Below are positions 14,529-24,397 of a DNA stretch of 25,018 nt, piece after piece. The stretch's first letter is position 1. Every line of letters starts with the position of its first letter. Position numbers and translations under genes: made by a program. Source of the stretch: Candidatus Blackallbacteria bacterium (GTDB lineage Bacteria > Cyanobacteriota > Sericytochromatia > UBA7694); assembly GCA_051715345.1 (NCBI GenBank), contig JBPXJQ010000004.1, forward strand, positions 1-25,018. Direction: 5' to 3'. Below the pieces are notes generated by a model that worked only from the letters and a program-made list of their open reading frames with translations, made no database searches and had not been told where the DNA came from.

Positions 14529-16958
14529 ATGACTGAAAAAAACACCCCCACCGAGTTGACTGAAAATCCTGTGGAATTACAGGCTGTGGAAGAGACCGCG
14601 ACAGACAAAGAGGCGGCAGCCCCTGCCAAGAAGCCCAAAGCGGCTCCGCGCAAAAGTCCCAAAAAAGTGGCTGAAGACACTGAAACAAATGATGAGTCGT
14701 CATCAGAATCGACTCCCCCATCATCCCCGACAAAGGAAGTTCCGCCCATGACCACAGATCTTCAGGAAAAAGCACCTGTCAGCACCTCCGAAGGCCAATA
14801 CCTCAGCCTGGAACTCAACAGCGACGGGATCGCCACGGTTTGGTTCGATACCCCTGGCAAAAAAGTGAATTTACTCTCCCCGGCCATGTTGGATGCCATT
14901 GAATCCGTGATGGATGAAATTTCAGCCAATCCTGCCATCAAAGCCGTGATCTTTGCCAGCCGCAAAGACGATAATTTTATCGCAGGTGCCGATTTGGCCA
15001 GCATGGTTTCGGGCCATTTTGACCTCGACAAAGCGGTGGCCTTTGGCAATCGCGGCCGCGAAGTCTTTCAGCGCTTGGCTGAATTGGAAGTGGCAACCAT
15101 TGCCTGCATACATGGTTCTTGCCTTGGCGGTGGTTTGGAATTGGCCCTGGCCTGCGATTACCGCTTGGCCTCCAATCACCCCAAAACCAAATTGGGTCTG
15201 CCCGAAGTGCAACTAGGCATTTTGCCTGCCTGGGGCGGTGTTTCTCGCCTGCCGCGGATGTTGCCCCTGCCTGCAGCCCTCGATTTGATGTTGACTGGCA
15301 AACAGGTGCCTGCCAAAAAAGCCCGTTCCTTGGGCTTGGTACACCTGGCTCCGCCGCAAGAAGTGCTCTACCAGACGGCTCACAAATTGGCCAAAGATGT
15401 GCTGGCGGGAGAAATTGGCTATTTAACTGCCAAACAGCCCAAAAGCAGTTTGCTCGACAAGGCCCTGAGCAATTTGGCTGTGGGCCAAAATTTGGTTTTC
15501 AAACAGGCCCGCAAAGGCGTTCTCGATAAAAGCAAAGGCTTTTATCCCTCGCCGCTCAAGATTCTCGAAACAGTGCAAAACAGTCTCAACCTGCCCCTTT
15601 ACGAGGCCTTTAAACTTGAGGGTCAGGCCTTTAAATACCTGCTTGAACGCAGTGAAACTGCCAATTTGATGAATCTCTTCTTCGTTAACCAGGACCTCAA
15701 TAAGGTGCCCGAACTCGAAGGCAAAGACGTTAAAGCCCGCAAGGTCAAAATGATGGGCGTCTTGGGAGCGGGTTATATGGGCGCTGGTATTGCCCAGGTC
15801 TCCAACGCCAAAGACATCGAGATCCGCCTCAAAGACATGAATTACCCCGCGCTCTTGGCTGGCATCAAAGCCATTCAAAAAGGCTATGGTTCGCTGCTCA
15901 AACGCCGCCGGCTGACCGCCAAACAGGTAGCCGACAAAATGCGCCGAGTGACGCCCACCATCGACTATTCAGGCTTTAAACACACCGATCTGGTGATCGA
16001 AGCTGTGGTCGAAAAAATGGAGGTCAAAAAAGCAGTTTTTAGTGAATTGGAACAGCATATTGGCCCCAACACTATTTTGGCAACCAATACCTCGGCCCTG
16101 TCAATCAACGAAATGGCCGCTGCCACAGCCCGCCCTGACCGCTTTATCGGGTTGCATTTCTTTGGCCCTGTGCAAAAAATGCCCCTGGTAGAAGTGATCT
16201 TGGGTGAAAAGACCAGCGACGAGACCCTGGCTACGGTACTTCAATACGTGCGTGGCATTGGCAAAACCCCCGTGGTGATTCGCAAAGACACACCGGGTTT
16301 TGTGGTTAACCGCATTTTGGCAATCTACGGCAACGAAGCCGGTCTGTTGCTCGAAGAAGGGGGCGATATGACCACCATCGATCGCCTGATGACCGACTTT
16401 GGTATGCCAATGGGCATTTTTGAAGTGATTGATCTTGCCGGCGTCGACGTGGCTTGGCATACAGCCCAGAGTGTGCGTCCGCTGTTTGAGTCCCGCCCTG
16501 GATTTCGGATGAGCAAAGTCATGGAGCGCCTCTACACGGATCAGCGCCTGGGCCAGAAAAATGGCAAAGGCTTTTATATCCACGCTGGCAAAGAGGCCGT
16601 GCCGGACCACCGCTATATCCAACAGGTGGTCAATGAACTCAGTCCCGAAAGCGAACGCCGCCAATTGACAGGAGAAGAGATCCGCGATCGCCTCGTGCTC
16701 AGCATTCTGAATGAATCTGCGCTCTGTTTGCAAGAAGGCCTGGTGGCCCGAGCAGGTGAAATCGACATGGCGATGTTGATGGGAACCGGTTTTCCCCCCT
16801 TCCGGGGCGGTCCTCTGCGCCTGATTGATCAACAGGGCATTCAATTTATTGTCAATCAGCTGGAATATTACGCTGAAACCCGTGGTGAACGTTTTGCCCC
16901 CTGCACCCTGCTCAAAGAGATGGCGCAGACTGGCAAGAAGTTCTACCCCTTGTTCTGA
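14529..16958 (+). CDS. fadB: Fatty-acid oxidation multifunctional alpha subunit (enoyl-CoA hydratase plus 3-hydroxyacyl-CoA dehydrogenase) with an N-terminal low-complexity extension
   Basis: Crotonase domain (GIATVWFD...FIAGADL) and HAD domain (MMGVLGAGYMGAGIAQV). GGAG lies 7 nt before the ATG at 14529, directly after the thiolase stop. An alternative start at ATG 14748 (SD AAGGAAG) would remove the roughly 75-aa K/A/P/E/S-rich segment. Confidence 0.85.
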   Translation: MTEKNTPTELTENPVELQAVEETATDKEAAAPAKKPKAAPRKSPKKVAEDTETNDESSSESTPPSSPTKEVPPMTTDLQEKAPVSTSEGQYLSLELNSDGIATVWFDTPGKKVNLLSPAMLDAIESVMDEISANPAIKAVIFASRKDDNFIAGADLASMVSGHFDLDKAVAFGNRGREVFQRLAELEVATIACIHGSCLGGGLELALACDYRLASNHPKTKLGLPEVQLGILPAWGGVSRLPRMLPLPAALDLMLTGKQVPAKKARSLGLVHLAPPQEVLYQTAHKLAKDVLAGEIGYLTAKQPKSSLLDKALSNLAVGQNLVFKQARKGVLDKSKGFYPSPLKILETVQNSLNLPLYEAFKLEGQAFKYLLERSETANLMNLFFVNQDLNKVPELEGKDVKARKVKMMGVLGAGYMGAGIAQVSNAKDIEIRLKDMNYPALLAGIKAIQKGYGSLLKRRRLTAKQVADKMRRVTPTIDYSGFKHTDLVIEAVVEKMEVKKAVFSELEQHIGPNTILATNTSALSINEMAAATARPDRFIGLHFFGPVQKMPLVEVILGEKTSDETLATVLQYVRGIGKTPVVIRKDTPGFVVNRILAIYGNEAGLLLEEGGDMTTIDRLMTDFGMPMGIFEVIDLAGVDVAWHTAQSVRPLFESRPGFRMSKVMERLYTDQRLGQKNGKGFYIHAGKEAVPDHRYIQQVVNELSPESERRQLTGEEIRDRLVLSILNESALCLQEGLVARAGEIDMAMLMGTGFPPFRGGPLRLIDQQGIQFIVNQLEYYAETRGERFAPCTLLKEMAQTGKKFYPLF

Positions 16959-17010
16959 TTTCGCCGTGCAGTCTGGAACCCTAGTCGAGTTTTTGCAAAA
17001 AAGCGACCTG

Positions 17011-18975
17011 ATGGTGGGCGTCTGTATATTGACCAACCCCCAACATGTGCGTATTTTGGCAGAAAACAACAAAGAGCTCAATCTTCACGAACGCAAAATT
17101 TTACATGTGCTCAAACGCACCCTGCCGCCAAGCATGAACCGCATGGATCGCGTGGCTGCTCTCAAAGAGTGGGCGGGTAAGTTTGAAAATGCCCCCAAAC
17201 TCGATTTGCACACACTCTGGGAAGTGCTGGCAGATGAACGCGAGAGTCTGGATTTAGAGACCCTGGCAAGTATGTATTTTTCCGACCCCAGCGATCTCGA
17301 CCGCTCAACGCTTTTGCGGGCCTTGGTAGCGGATCGCATTTACTTCGAACGCAAAGGCGGTGACGAGGGTTTTATCCCCCGCACAACTGAGAATGTGAAC
17401 CAAATTCAGGCCATGATGCGCCGCGAAGAAGAAAAACGGCAGGGCCGCCAGGCTTTGATCCGCTGGATCGCAACTTGCGAAAAAGCACCGGGGCCACCGC
17501 CAGAAGGTGCGCAAGCCACTTTGCCGCTGATTCAAGACGTGGCCGTGATGGGTCGCCGTTCGGGCCATTTTCAGGTGGTCAGCCAATTTTTTGACGAAGC
17601 GGGTGTGGGCGGGGCCTCGCTCGAAGATCGCTGTTTGCGCCTGTTGACACGCTCCGGAATTTGGGACGAAGACATCAACCTGAGTTTGATTGAAATGCAG
17701 GTCCCACTTCAATTTTCACGGGATTTGCTCGAAAGTGTGGCAGAAATTCCCCCTGTCAGCGCAGATTGCCCCAACAACCGCAAAGACCTGCGTTATCTTG
17801 AAACCCTTACGATCGACGATGCTGAGACCACAGATATTGACGATGCCCTGAGTTGGGAAACGACGGAAACCGGCTTTCGGCTTTGGGTGCATATTGCCGA
17901 TGCATCCACGTATGTCGTTCCCGATACCCCTTTGGATCAAGAGGCCTCGCGTCGTTTTACCTCGATCTACCTGTGTGAACGCAAAATTGAAATGCTGCCC
18001 CCGCATTTGTCCCAGAATATTTGCTCGTTGGTGGCAGGAGAGCCCCGTTTGGCCCTTTCGGTGGCCTTTGAACTCAATCCGGCCTTTGAGGTCCAAAAAG
18101 CCAGCATCCACGAAACCCTGATTGAAGTCAAACAGCGCATGAGCTACGATGAAGTCGATCAAAATCTCGATGCTCAGCCTCTGCTTCAGACCCTTTTGCA
18201 ATTGGCAACCCACCACCGCGAACAGCGCTTGGCACGCGGGGCAGTCGAATTCAACCGTCCCGAACTGCGGATCAAGGTCAATGCCGAGAAAGAGATCATC
18301 CTCAAACAAGTTGAACGTGATTCACCCGCCCAATTATTGGTCTCTGAGCTGATGATTCTGGCCAATCACTGGGTTGCCAAATTGTTGGCAGAAGCCCGTG
18401 TGCCTTTGATTTACAAAACCCAGGATGCCCCCACTGAAGAAAATGCCCAAGGTCGCCCTTTGCTCAAACGGGCTGAGATGACCGTCCGTCCTGCTGCCCA
18501 TTATGGTTTGGGTTTGGATGTTTATACCCAATTTACCTCACCGATTCGGCGCTACAACGACCTGATTCTGCACCGCCAGATCAAACATTGGCTGCATACA
18601 CAAACCAATTTGTATAACGAAGAACAAATCCAACAATTGATCGCCCTCTCGGATCAGGCGGTTTTTAGCGCGAATTTTATCCAGCGTGAAAACTACCGCT
18701 ATTGGTTATACAAATACTTTCAGTCTTTGCCCACACCACGCATTTTTAGGGCGCGGGTGGTCTCGATCTCACCCGAAAAGACCTTTGTACACCTGCCCGA
18801 CTTTTGTTTGGACACGCTCTTTCCTGCCGGAGATGCCTTGGATTTACATGAAGGCAGTGAATTTTGGTTGGAAATTTCTCAGGCGATTCCACGCAAAGGA
18901 CTTTTGCAATTGCGCCGAGTCAGTGCCCCGCCTGAGGCAAATCCTGCCGAAATGGCCTCAAGCCAGCCCGTATGA
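17011..18975 (+). CDS. RNB-domain 3'-5' exoribonuclease (RNase II/R family)
   Basis: RNB signature LTIDDAETTDIDDALS and a C-terminal S1-like region. The ORF is open from 16825, overlapping fadB. I chose ATG 17011; the start is uncertain (GTG 16966 is an alternative) and there is no clear SD. Confidence 0.8.
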   Translation: MVGVCILTNPQHVRILAENNKELNLHERKILHVLKRTLPPSMNRMDRVAALKEWAGKFENAPKLDLHTLWEVLADERESLDLETLASMYFSDPSDLDRSTLLRALVADRIYFERKGGDEGFIPRTTENVNQIQAMMRREEEKRQGRQALIRWIATCEKAPGPPPEGAQATLPLIQDVAVMGRRSGHFQVVSQFFDEAGVGGASLEDRCLRLLTRSGIWDEDINLSLIEMQVPLQFSRDLLESVAEIPPVSADCPNNRKDLRYLETLTIDDAETTDIDDALSWETTETGFRLWVHIADASTYVVPDTPLDQEASRRFTSIYLCERKIEMLPPHLSQNICSLVAGEPRLALSVAFELNPAFEVQKASIHETLIEVKQRMSYDEVDQNLDAQPLLQTLLQLATHHREQRLARGAVEFNRPELRIKVNAEKEIILKQVERDSPAQLLVSELMILANHWVAKLLAEARVPLIYKTQDAPTEENAQGRPLLKRAEMTVRPAAHYGLGLDVYTQFTSPIRRYNDLILHRQIKHWLHTQTNLYNEEQIQQLIALSDQAVFSANFIQRENYRYWLYKYFQSLPTPRIFRARVVSISPEKTFVHLPDFCLDTLFPAGDALDLHEGSEFWLEISQAIPRKGLLQLRRVSAPPEANPAEMASSQPV

Positions 18976-20145
18976 TTCTTTGACCTTTTGCATAAAGGCT
19001 TCGATTGCAGGGTTGCGTGAAATTTTCCAGGCCAAATTGAGAAAATAGAGTGAATGATTGAGATCCCGCACCAAACTATAGAGGTAGCCCAGGCCAAAAT
19101 AGGCTTCGTGACGTTCTTTGTGAAGACTAACGGCCTCTAAAAAAACCTCAATCGCCTGCTGCAGAGGACTGGTATTGACAAAGCCCGAATCCACGACTTT
19201 ATCGATACAGGCAAAGCCCAAATCGAGGTATTCCTGATAGGACTTTTTCTCCTGGTTGAGTACAATGCCCATGCTGTTGCGAACCAGCGACTTGCCCGCG
19301 CCCATATCAAAGCGAACTTCCAGTTCTGCCCCAGATTTTTGGGCCGAACTGACCTGGTCAATCGGCTCTTCAATTGGCTCCTCTCTTGGGTCTTTGCGGC
19401 TGGGAGGGAGTTCAAAAGAAATGATCTGAAAACCTTCCTCGGCGGAAGGAGAAAGCGCTGCTTGGGGTTTGCTGGGATCAATCGTGGGCTCTGCAGCCAC
19501 CAGCGCTGGCAAAAAGGGCTGCAAGAGGCGAAGACTCTCTTGCCAGAAGCCTTGCTCTTGAGGCATGACCACGGGTGTGGCTTCTGTCAACTCTTCGGGC
19601 AGGGCCCAGTCGCTGGGAGCAGGAGCCAAGCCCTGTGCCAAACTGCGAAAAGCGTCATACAGAGGTTTTTGCCAACGGCCAAAGCGCTGATTGCGAGAGG
19701 ACTCAAGAAAAACCTGTAAATCTGGGGGATAGAGTCCATACCAGGCATCACTGACACTCTCCCAATTTTCAAGACTGTTGGGCGGGAGTTTAAACAAGCC
19801 GATTAAAGGCGGCCAATGGGGCAACCGCTCTTGGCTTTGGGCCTGTAAAAGAGATAGAGTGACTGTCTGAGCCTGTTTTTGCAGGGCCTTGATCTGATTC
19901 TCAATCCCCTGTCTAAAAACCGGAGAAAGGGTTTGCTGACGTCGGTTTTCGAGCCCCGTCACTTTGGCTTTGAGCTGCTCCAATTGCAGACGCAGGGGAC
20001 GGCTTTTGGAAACCTGAGCAACGGGTCTTTGTAAGGGACGAACAGCTGTGGTAGCGGGTGGTTTAGGCGCTGAGGGAGAGGAGCCGCTTGCAGACACAGG
20101 ACGGGCTGAGCGTATGCTCATCCTTTGCTGCATGGGTTGCTGCAT
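18958..20145 (-). CDS. Hypothetical protein with a low-complexity MQQPMQQ N-terminus, a coiled-coil region and a TPR-like C-terminus
   Basis: The ORF runs to 20232. I chose the start at 20145 (MQQPMQQRM) because AAGGAG lies 9 nt upstream. The 3' end overlaps the convergent RNB gene by 18 bp. Confidence 0.5.
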   Translation of the reverse strand: MQQPMQQRMSIRSARPVSASGSSPSAPKPPATTAVRPLQRPVAQVSKSRPLRLQLEQLKAKVTGLENRRQQTLSPVFRQGIENQIKALQKQAQTVTLSLLQAQSQERLPHWPPLIGLFKLPPNSLENWESVSDAWYGLYPPDLQVFLESSRNQRFGRWQKPLYDAFRSLAQGLAPAPSDWALPEELTEATPVVMPQEQGFWQESLRLLQPFLPALVAAEPTIDPSKPQAALSPSAEEGFQIISFELPPSRKDPREEPIEEPIDQVSSAQKSGAELEVRFDMGAGKSLVRNSMGIVLNQEKKSYQEYLDLGFACIDKVVDSGFVNTSPLQQAIEVFLEAVSLHKERHEAYFGLGYLYSLVRDLNHSLYFLNLAWKISRNPAIEAFMQKVKESYGLA

Positions 20146-20382
20146 GGGTTGATTCTCCTTGGAACTGCTGTCAGCGAAGTGGTGCTTGTTTTCAACAAAA
20201 ACGAGCCAAATACCGCTCATATTCTGCATCATTCTACCACAGATTCAATCTGGCCCTGGAAATTCAACTTTTTGATTAAAGTCACATTTTTACTGTGATA
20301 GGGTAGAGACATCGCGTCCGAAAAAAGATGTTAAAGTAATATTGTTAAGAAAAAAACATGTCAGATTGGCAAGGAGAAAGTT

Positions 20383-21549
20383 ATGAAGTACTCAAAGATG
20401 GCAACCCGGAAAATGTTGGGAGGCTTGGGCCTCGTTTTGTCCCTCAGTTTAAGTGCCTGCGGGGATCTCAGCACCCTGCTCAACAACCCCTCTGTTCAGG
20501 CGGCATTGCAATCACTGCAATTAAACCTCAACCGTGAAATTGATGGTTCTACCGCAGCTGTCACCGCAGCAGATATTCAGCAGGTTTCCGCCAATGGCAA
20601 AGCGCTCACCTACAGCGTTGATGCCAATGGTGAAATGACACTCAGCGATCTGCCCGCAGATGCTTCAGAAATAGAAGTGCAATACAAAGATGCCCCAGAA
20701 CCTGTGATTATGCCGATCGATCCAGCTCAAAGACAAAACGGACGCATGCTGATGCGCGGCGTCTCCCGTTTTAGCAAAGATGCGGATGGTAAATTGGCTT
20801 TTCAAGAAAATGTCGTGGGATTTGACTTTAACCGCGATGGACAATTTGATGATCGTGCCCCCCAATTTGTACACCGTGAAGGAGAAGTCAGCGTTCATGA
20901 TGTGAACAAACAAACAATCCAACGCTTCGAATTCAAACCCGGTGAACGTCCCAACTTTAAGCAGACTCCGAAAGAAATTTTGCAGGGAGATCGGTTTTTT
21001 ATTCCCCAGCCGCCCCAGCGCGCAGGGGTGAAAATGGGTCTGGCCTGCGGCAAAGTCGTGGCCAAAGCAGATGGTTCGATTGACTTCCCCAAACCCAATG
21101 GTGAGAGCCGCACCCTGCAAAAAGGTGAATTTGAGATCAACTTACAAGGCGCTCTTAAAATTATCAAAGCAGGTGAACCCGATACGGGCAAGGCGATTAT
21201 GCCACCCGCCTGTCCCCGCATTCCTGTCGGTTGCCAACCCGGCCAACCTGGTATGATACAGCCCGGCCAACCTGGCATGATGCAGCCCGGCCAACCACCC
21301 AGACCCGGACAAACCCAGCCCCAGCCACCCATGCCTGCTGCTGGAATGCGGATTTCCCAAGCCTCAGAACCCGCACAGCCGCCGAGCATGATGCCCGGTC
21401 AGCCCGGCATGATGCCTGCTGGAGCTGCCATGGCGCAACACCGCTGCGGACCCATGATGCAACCGGGTCAACCGCCGATGACACAACCAGGGAATCAACC
21501 AGGGAATCAGCCTCCAGCCTCTCCTCCACCCGCTACTCCGGCCACTTAA
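20383..21549 (+). CDS. Lipoprotein with a Met/Pro/Gln/Gly-rich repetitive C-terminal tail
   Basis: MKYSKMATRKMLGGLGLVLSLSLSAC gives a signal with an LSAC lipobox. GGAG lies 8 nt upstream. The tail contains PGQPGMIQPGQPGMMQPGQPP...SMMPGQPGMMPAGAAMAQHRCGPMMQPGQPPMTQPGNQPGNQPP. Confidence 0.8.
   Translation: MKYSKMATRKMLGGLGLVLSLSLSACGDLSTLLNNPSVQAALQSLQLNLNREIDGSTAAVTAADIQQVSANGKALTYSVDANGEMTLSDLPADASEIEVQYKDAPEPVIMPIDPAQRQNGRMLMRGVSRFSKDADGKLAFQENVVGFDFNRDGQFDDRAPQFVHREGEVSVHDVNKQTIQRFEFKPGERPNFKQTPKEILQGDRFFIPQPPQRAGVKMGLACGKVVAKADGSIDFPKPNGESRTLQKGEFEINLQGALKIIKAGEPDTGKAIMPPACPRIPVGCQPGQPGMIQPGQPGMMQPGQPPRPGQTQPQPPMPAAGMRISQASEPAQPPSMMPGQPGMMPAGAAMAQHRCGPMMQPGQPPMTQPGNQPGNQPPASPPPATPAT
21236..21300 (+). 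repeat. About 2.5 copies of a 24-bp tandem repeat (CAGCCCGGCCAACCTGGCATGATG) encoding QPGQPGMM
   Basis: Read directly: caacccggccaacctggtatgata cagcccggccaacctggcatgatg cagcccggccaacca. Confidence 0.7.
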
Positions 21550-21570
21550 ATTCGGTCTGACTAAAACAAA

Positions 21571-21600
21571 GGCCCCCTCTTTTGAGGGGGCCTGTTGTTT
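21571..21600. terminator. Bidirectional rho-independent terminator between the convergent lipoprotein gene and pckG
   Basis: A perfect 9-bp GC-rich stem GGCCCCCTC / GAGGGGGCC with loop TTTT is flanked by CTAAAACAAA on one side and TGTTGTTT on the other, giving a T-tract on both strands. Confidence 0.85.
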
Positions 21601-21613
21601 GAACTAATTCGGA

Positions 21614-23488
21614 TTAATGGCCAATATCTACATAGCGCTCGTCGGCCATACGCCAGCGTTCAGGTGAACGCCAGAGACTGGAGAGCAAAAGCTCACGCAT
21701 CAGCAAAAACTCTTTGGGCAGCCGATCATAGAGTTTATCGAAGAGACTCTGGTGAGAGAGCACTTCTTCTTTCCACATCTCGCGGTTGACCGACATGACT
21801 TCATTAAATTGATCGCGGCTGAAATCCAGTCCTTCCCAATCGAGGTCTTCGTATTTGGGCATCCAACCCAGGGGGCTTTCGATCCCGTAGGCTTTGCCGC
21901 GCACACGCTCGACAACCCATTTCAAGACACGCATATTTTCGCCAAATCCAGGCCAGAGAAACTCGCCATTGGGGCCCTTGCGGAACCAATTGACGCAGAA
22001 AATGCGGGGAGGATTGGGCGTGTTGCGGCCCATTTCGAGCCAGTGATTAAAATAATCCCCCATGTGATACCCACAGAAAGGCAGCATGGCCATCGGGTCA
22101 CGGCGCACCAGACCAATCGAAGCTCCTTGGGCAGCAGCAGTGGTCTCAGAACCAATGGTGGCAGCCAGATAGACACCAAAATTCCAGTTGAAGGCCTGAT
22201 AGATCAGTGGCACAGCGGTGGCACGACGCCCCCCAAAGATGAAGGCGCTGATTGGCACACCTTGGGGATTTTCCCATTCGGGATCAACCGATGGACATTG
22301 GTGAGCCGGAGCAGTAAAGCGGGCATTGGGATGAGCCGCTTTGCGGCCACACCCTGGCGTCCAGGCCTGCCCCTGCCAATCGGTCAATTCTGCAGGTTCT
22401 TCTTCAGTCATGCCTTCCCACCAGACATCGCCATCGGGCGTGAGGGCCACATTGGTGAAAATCGAATTGGAGCGAATTGAATCCATGGCATTGGGGTTGG
22501 AGCTGTACGAAGTACCAGGGGCCACGCCAAAATAGCCCGCTTCGGGGTTAATCGCGTAAAGTTTGCCATCTTCACCACGTTTGAGCCAGGCGATATCGTC
22601 CCCGATCGTGGTAACTTTCCAGCCTTTTTCGAGAAAGGATTGGGGCGGAATCAACATGGCAAAATTGGTTTTGCCGCAGGCACTCGGGAAAGCGGCCCCC
22701 ACATAGGTCTTTTTCTGATCGGGGGATTCAATCCCCATGATCAACATATGTTCTGCCAGCCAGCCTTCATCTTGGCCCATGGCAGAGGCAATGCGCAGGG
22801 CAAAACACTTTTTGCCGAGCAAAGCGTTGCCGCCATAGCCACTGCCATACGACCAAATCGCCCGTTCTTCTGGAAAATGGACGATGTATTTCTCTTGGTT
22901 ATTGCAAGGCCAAGCCACGTCGGCTTGACCCGCTTCAAGCGGCATACCCACAGAGTGCAAACAGGGCACAAATTCACCATCTTCACCCAGGATATCAAAC
23001 ACCTTTTTGCCCATGCGGGTCATAATGCGCATATTAACCGCCACATAAGCGGAATCGGAGAGTTCAATCCCAATCTGGGCAATGTTCGAGCCCAAGGGAC
23101 CCATGCTAAATGGCACCACATAAAGGGTGCGGCCTTTCATACAGCCCTGAAAGAGTTTATTGAGAATCCCTTTCATCTCTTTGGGGTCCATCCAATTATT
23201 GGTAGGGCCCGCTTCTTGTTTGCGGCGGCTGCAGATATAGGTTTTGTCTTCGACACGGGCCACATCGCCTGGGTCGGAAAGGGCCAAATAGCTATTGGGT
23301 CTTTTTTCGGGGCTTAGGCGTTTAAATGTACCTTTTTCCACCATTTCTTGGCATAAACTGTCATATTCCTCTTGAGAGCCGTCACACCAGTGAATGGCGT
23401 CGGGCTGACAGAGATTGACCACCTCTTGAATCCAGGCCAAAGCCTGGGCATTGCGGACATAATCGGGAGCTTGTAGATCAATAGTCAT
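21614..23488 (-). CDS. pckG: Phosphoenolpyruvate carboxykinase (GTP)
   Basis: 624 aa. The N-terminal segment and conserved GTP-PEPCK blocks are present ([21 protein letters not shown], the kinase-1a-like P-loop, and [11 protein letters not shown]). Confidence 0.9.
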   Translation of the reverse strand: MTIDLQAPDYVRNAQALAWIQEVVNLCQPDAIHWCDGSQEEYDSLCQEMVEKGTFKRLSPEKRPNSYLALSDPGDVARVEDKTYICSRRKQEAGPTNNWMDPKEMKGILNKLFQGCMKGRTLYVVPFSMGPLGSNIAQIGIELSDSAYVAVNMRIMTRMGKKVFDILGEDGEFVPCLHSVGMPLEAGQADVAWPCNNQEKYIVHFPEERAIWSYGSGYGGNALLGKKCFALRIASAMGQDEGWLAEHMLIMGIESPDQKKTYVGAAFPSACGKTNFAMLIPPQSFLEKGWKVTTIGDDIAWLKRGEDGKLYAINPEAGYFGVAPGTSYSSNPNAMDSIRSNSIFTNVALTPDGDVWWEGMTEEEPAELTDWQGQAWTPGCGRKAAHPNARFTAPAHQCPSVDPEWENPQGVPISAFIFGGRRATAVPLIYQAFNWNFGVYLAATIGSETTAAAQGASIGLVRRDPMAMLPFCGYHMGDYFNHWLEMGRNTPNPPRIFCVNWFRKGPNGEFLWPGFGENMRVLKWVVERVRGKAYGIESPLGWMPKYEDLDWEGLDFSRDQFNEVMSVNREMWKEEVLSHQSLFDKLYDRLPKEFLLMRELLLSSLWRSPERWRMADERYVDIGH

Positions 23489-23564
23489 TAACGCGAACCT
23501 CTCTTTTGTTGCTTGGGGTTTGGCAACTCTGCCATTATAGCCCCAAAAAAATTTATTTCAAAAA

Positions 23565-24236
23565 TTAACCAAACCAAGTGACAAATTCCTCCAGAGGCAA
23601 TCTCGGTGGCACATAGCTATTGACCAAAGCCTCTGGGTCGGGATAACCGACAGTCATCCCACTGACCAAAATTCGGCCCTGAAGACCCAAAAAAGCGCGA
23701 ATCGTTTGACTGTAACTGGTCACGCTGAATTGGGGGCAAGAGGCCAAACCACTGCCGACCAAACCCAGCATGAGATTTTGCATAAAAAAGCCCAAATCGA
23801 GAAAATTGCCGCGTTCAGCGTCACTGGGCAAATGAAAAAACAACGCAACTGGAGCGCCAAAGAAGGTGAAATTTTCGCGGTTGTGGGCCAAGCGCATGCG
23901 CCGGTCGTGGCGATCTATCCCTTTGAGCTCAAACAGGCCATAACCACACTCGCGGGCGCGTTGCATGAATGCTGCTGAGAGCGGTTCGTTGTGGTAAATA
24001 TAATCAGGCTCTTCACTTTCACCCAGGTCAAACTTGGCACAGATCAAATCTGACAATTGATGGCGAGCGTTTCCGCTGACCACCGCAACTCCCCAGGGTT
24101 GGGTGTTTTTGGAAGAGGGGGCCTCTCCCGCTGCCATCAAGATGTCTTCCAAGAGTTCTCGGGGAACGGGGGTGTCCAAGTAGGCCCGCTTGCAGTGACG
24201 GGCCCGAATGGTTTCTAAGATTGGATTGTTGGGCAT
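23565..24236 (-). CDS. Nitroreductase-family (NAD(P)H-flavin oxidoreductase-like) protein
   Basis: The N-terminus ILETIRARHCKRAYLDTPVPRELLEDIL is typical of the nitroreductase family. The 223-aa size fits. Confidence 0.75.
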   Translation of the reverse strand: MPNNPILETIRARHCKRAYLDTPVPRELLEDILMAAGEAPSSKNTQPWGVAVVSGNARHQLSDLICAKFDLGESEEPDYIYHNEPLSAAFMQRARECGYGLFELKGIDRHDRRMRLAHNRENFTFFGAPVALFFHLPSDAERGNFLDLGFFMQNLMLGLVGSGLASCPQFSVTSYSQTIRAFLGLQGRILVSGMTVGYPDPEALVNSYVPPRLPLEEFVTWFG

Positions 24237-24334
24237 AACTCAACTTTCTTGTGATTCACTCCATTCATTTTAAAGCGATTTCTTTTCATCTGCGTTGATC
24301 TGGATCAGGGAATTGACTGAGCCTGCTCAGGTGA

Positions 24335-24363
24335 TTGGATTTCAAGCGTGTACCTGTTACTAT
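24335..24363 (+). promoter_or_regulatory. Candidate promoter TTGGAT-N17-TACTAT for the zinc-ribbon gene
   Basis: It lies 35 nt upstream of the ATG at 24398, and GGAG lies 9 nt before the start. A small inverted repeat CTGAGC-ct-GCTCAG (24316-24329) sits just upstream in the divergent gap. Confidence 0.35.
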
Positions 24364-24397
24364 GCTCTTGTTTTCAAATCCAGTCGTTTCTGTGGAG

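Noticed and set aside
16825-17010. The upstream part of ORF 16825..18975, overlapping the last 134 bp of fadB.
   Set aside because: The overlap is in a different frame with no RBS. The conserved RNB-family protein is fully accounted for starting at ATG 17011 (alternatively GTG 16966). The exact start remains uncertain.
20118-20150. The 12-bp tandem CTGCATGGGTTG x2, which on the minus strand reads CAACCCATGCAG x2 and encodes QPMQQPMQQ.
   Set aside because: It is a trivial in-frame low-complexity repeat at the N-terminus of the hypothetical protein. It is noted under the gene and not treated as a separate element.
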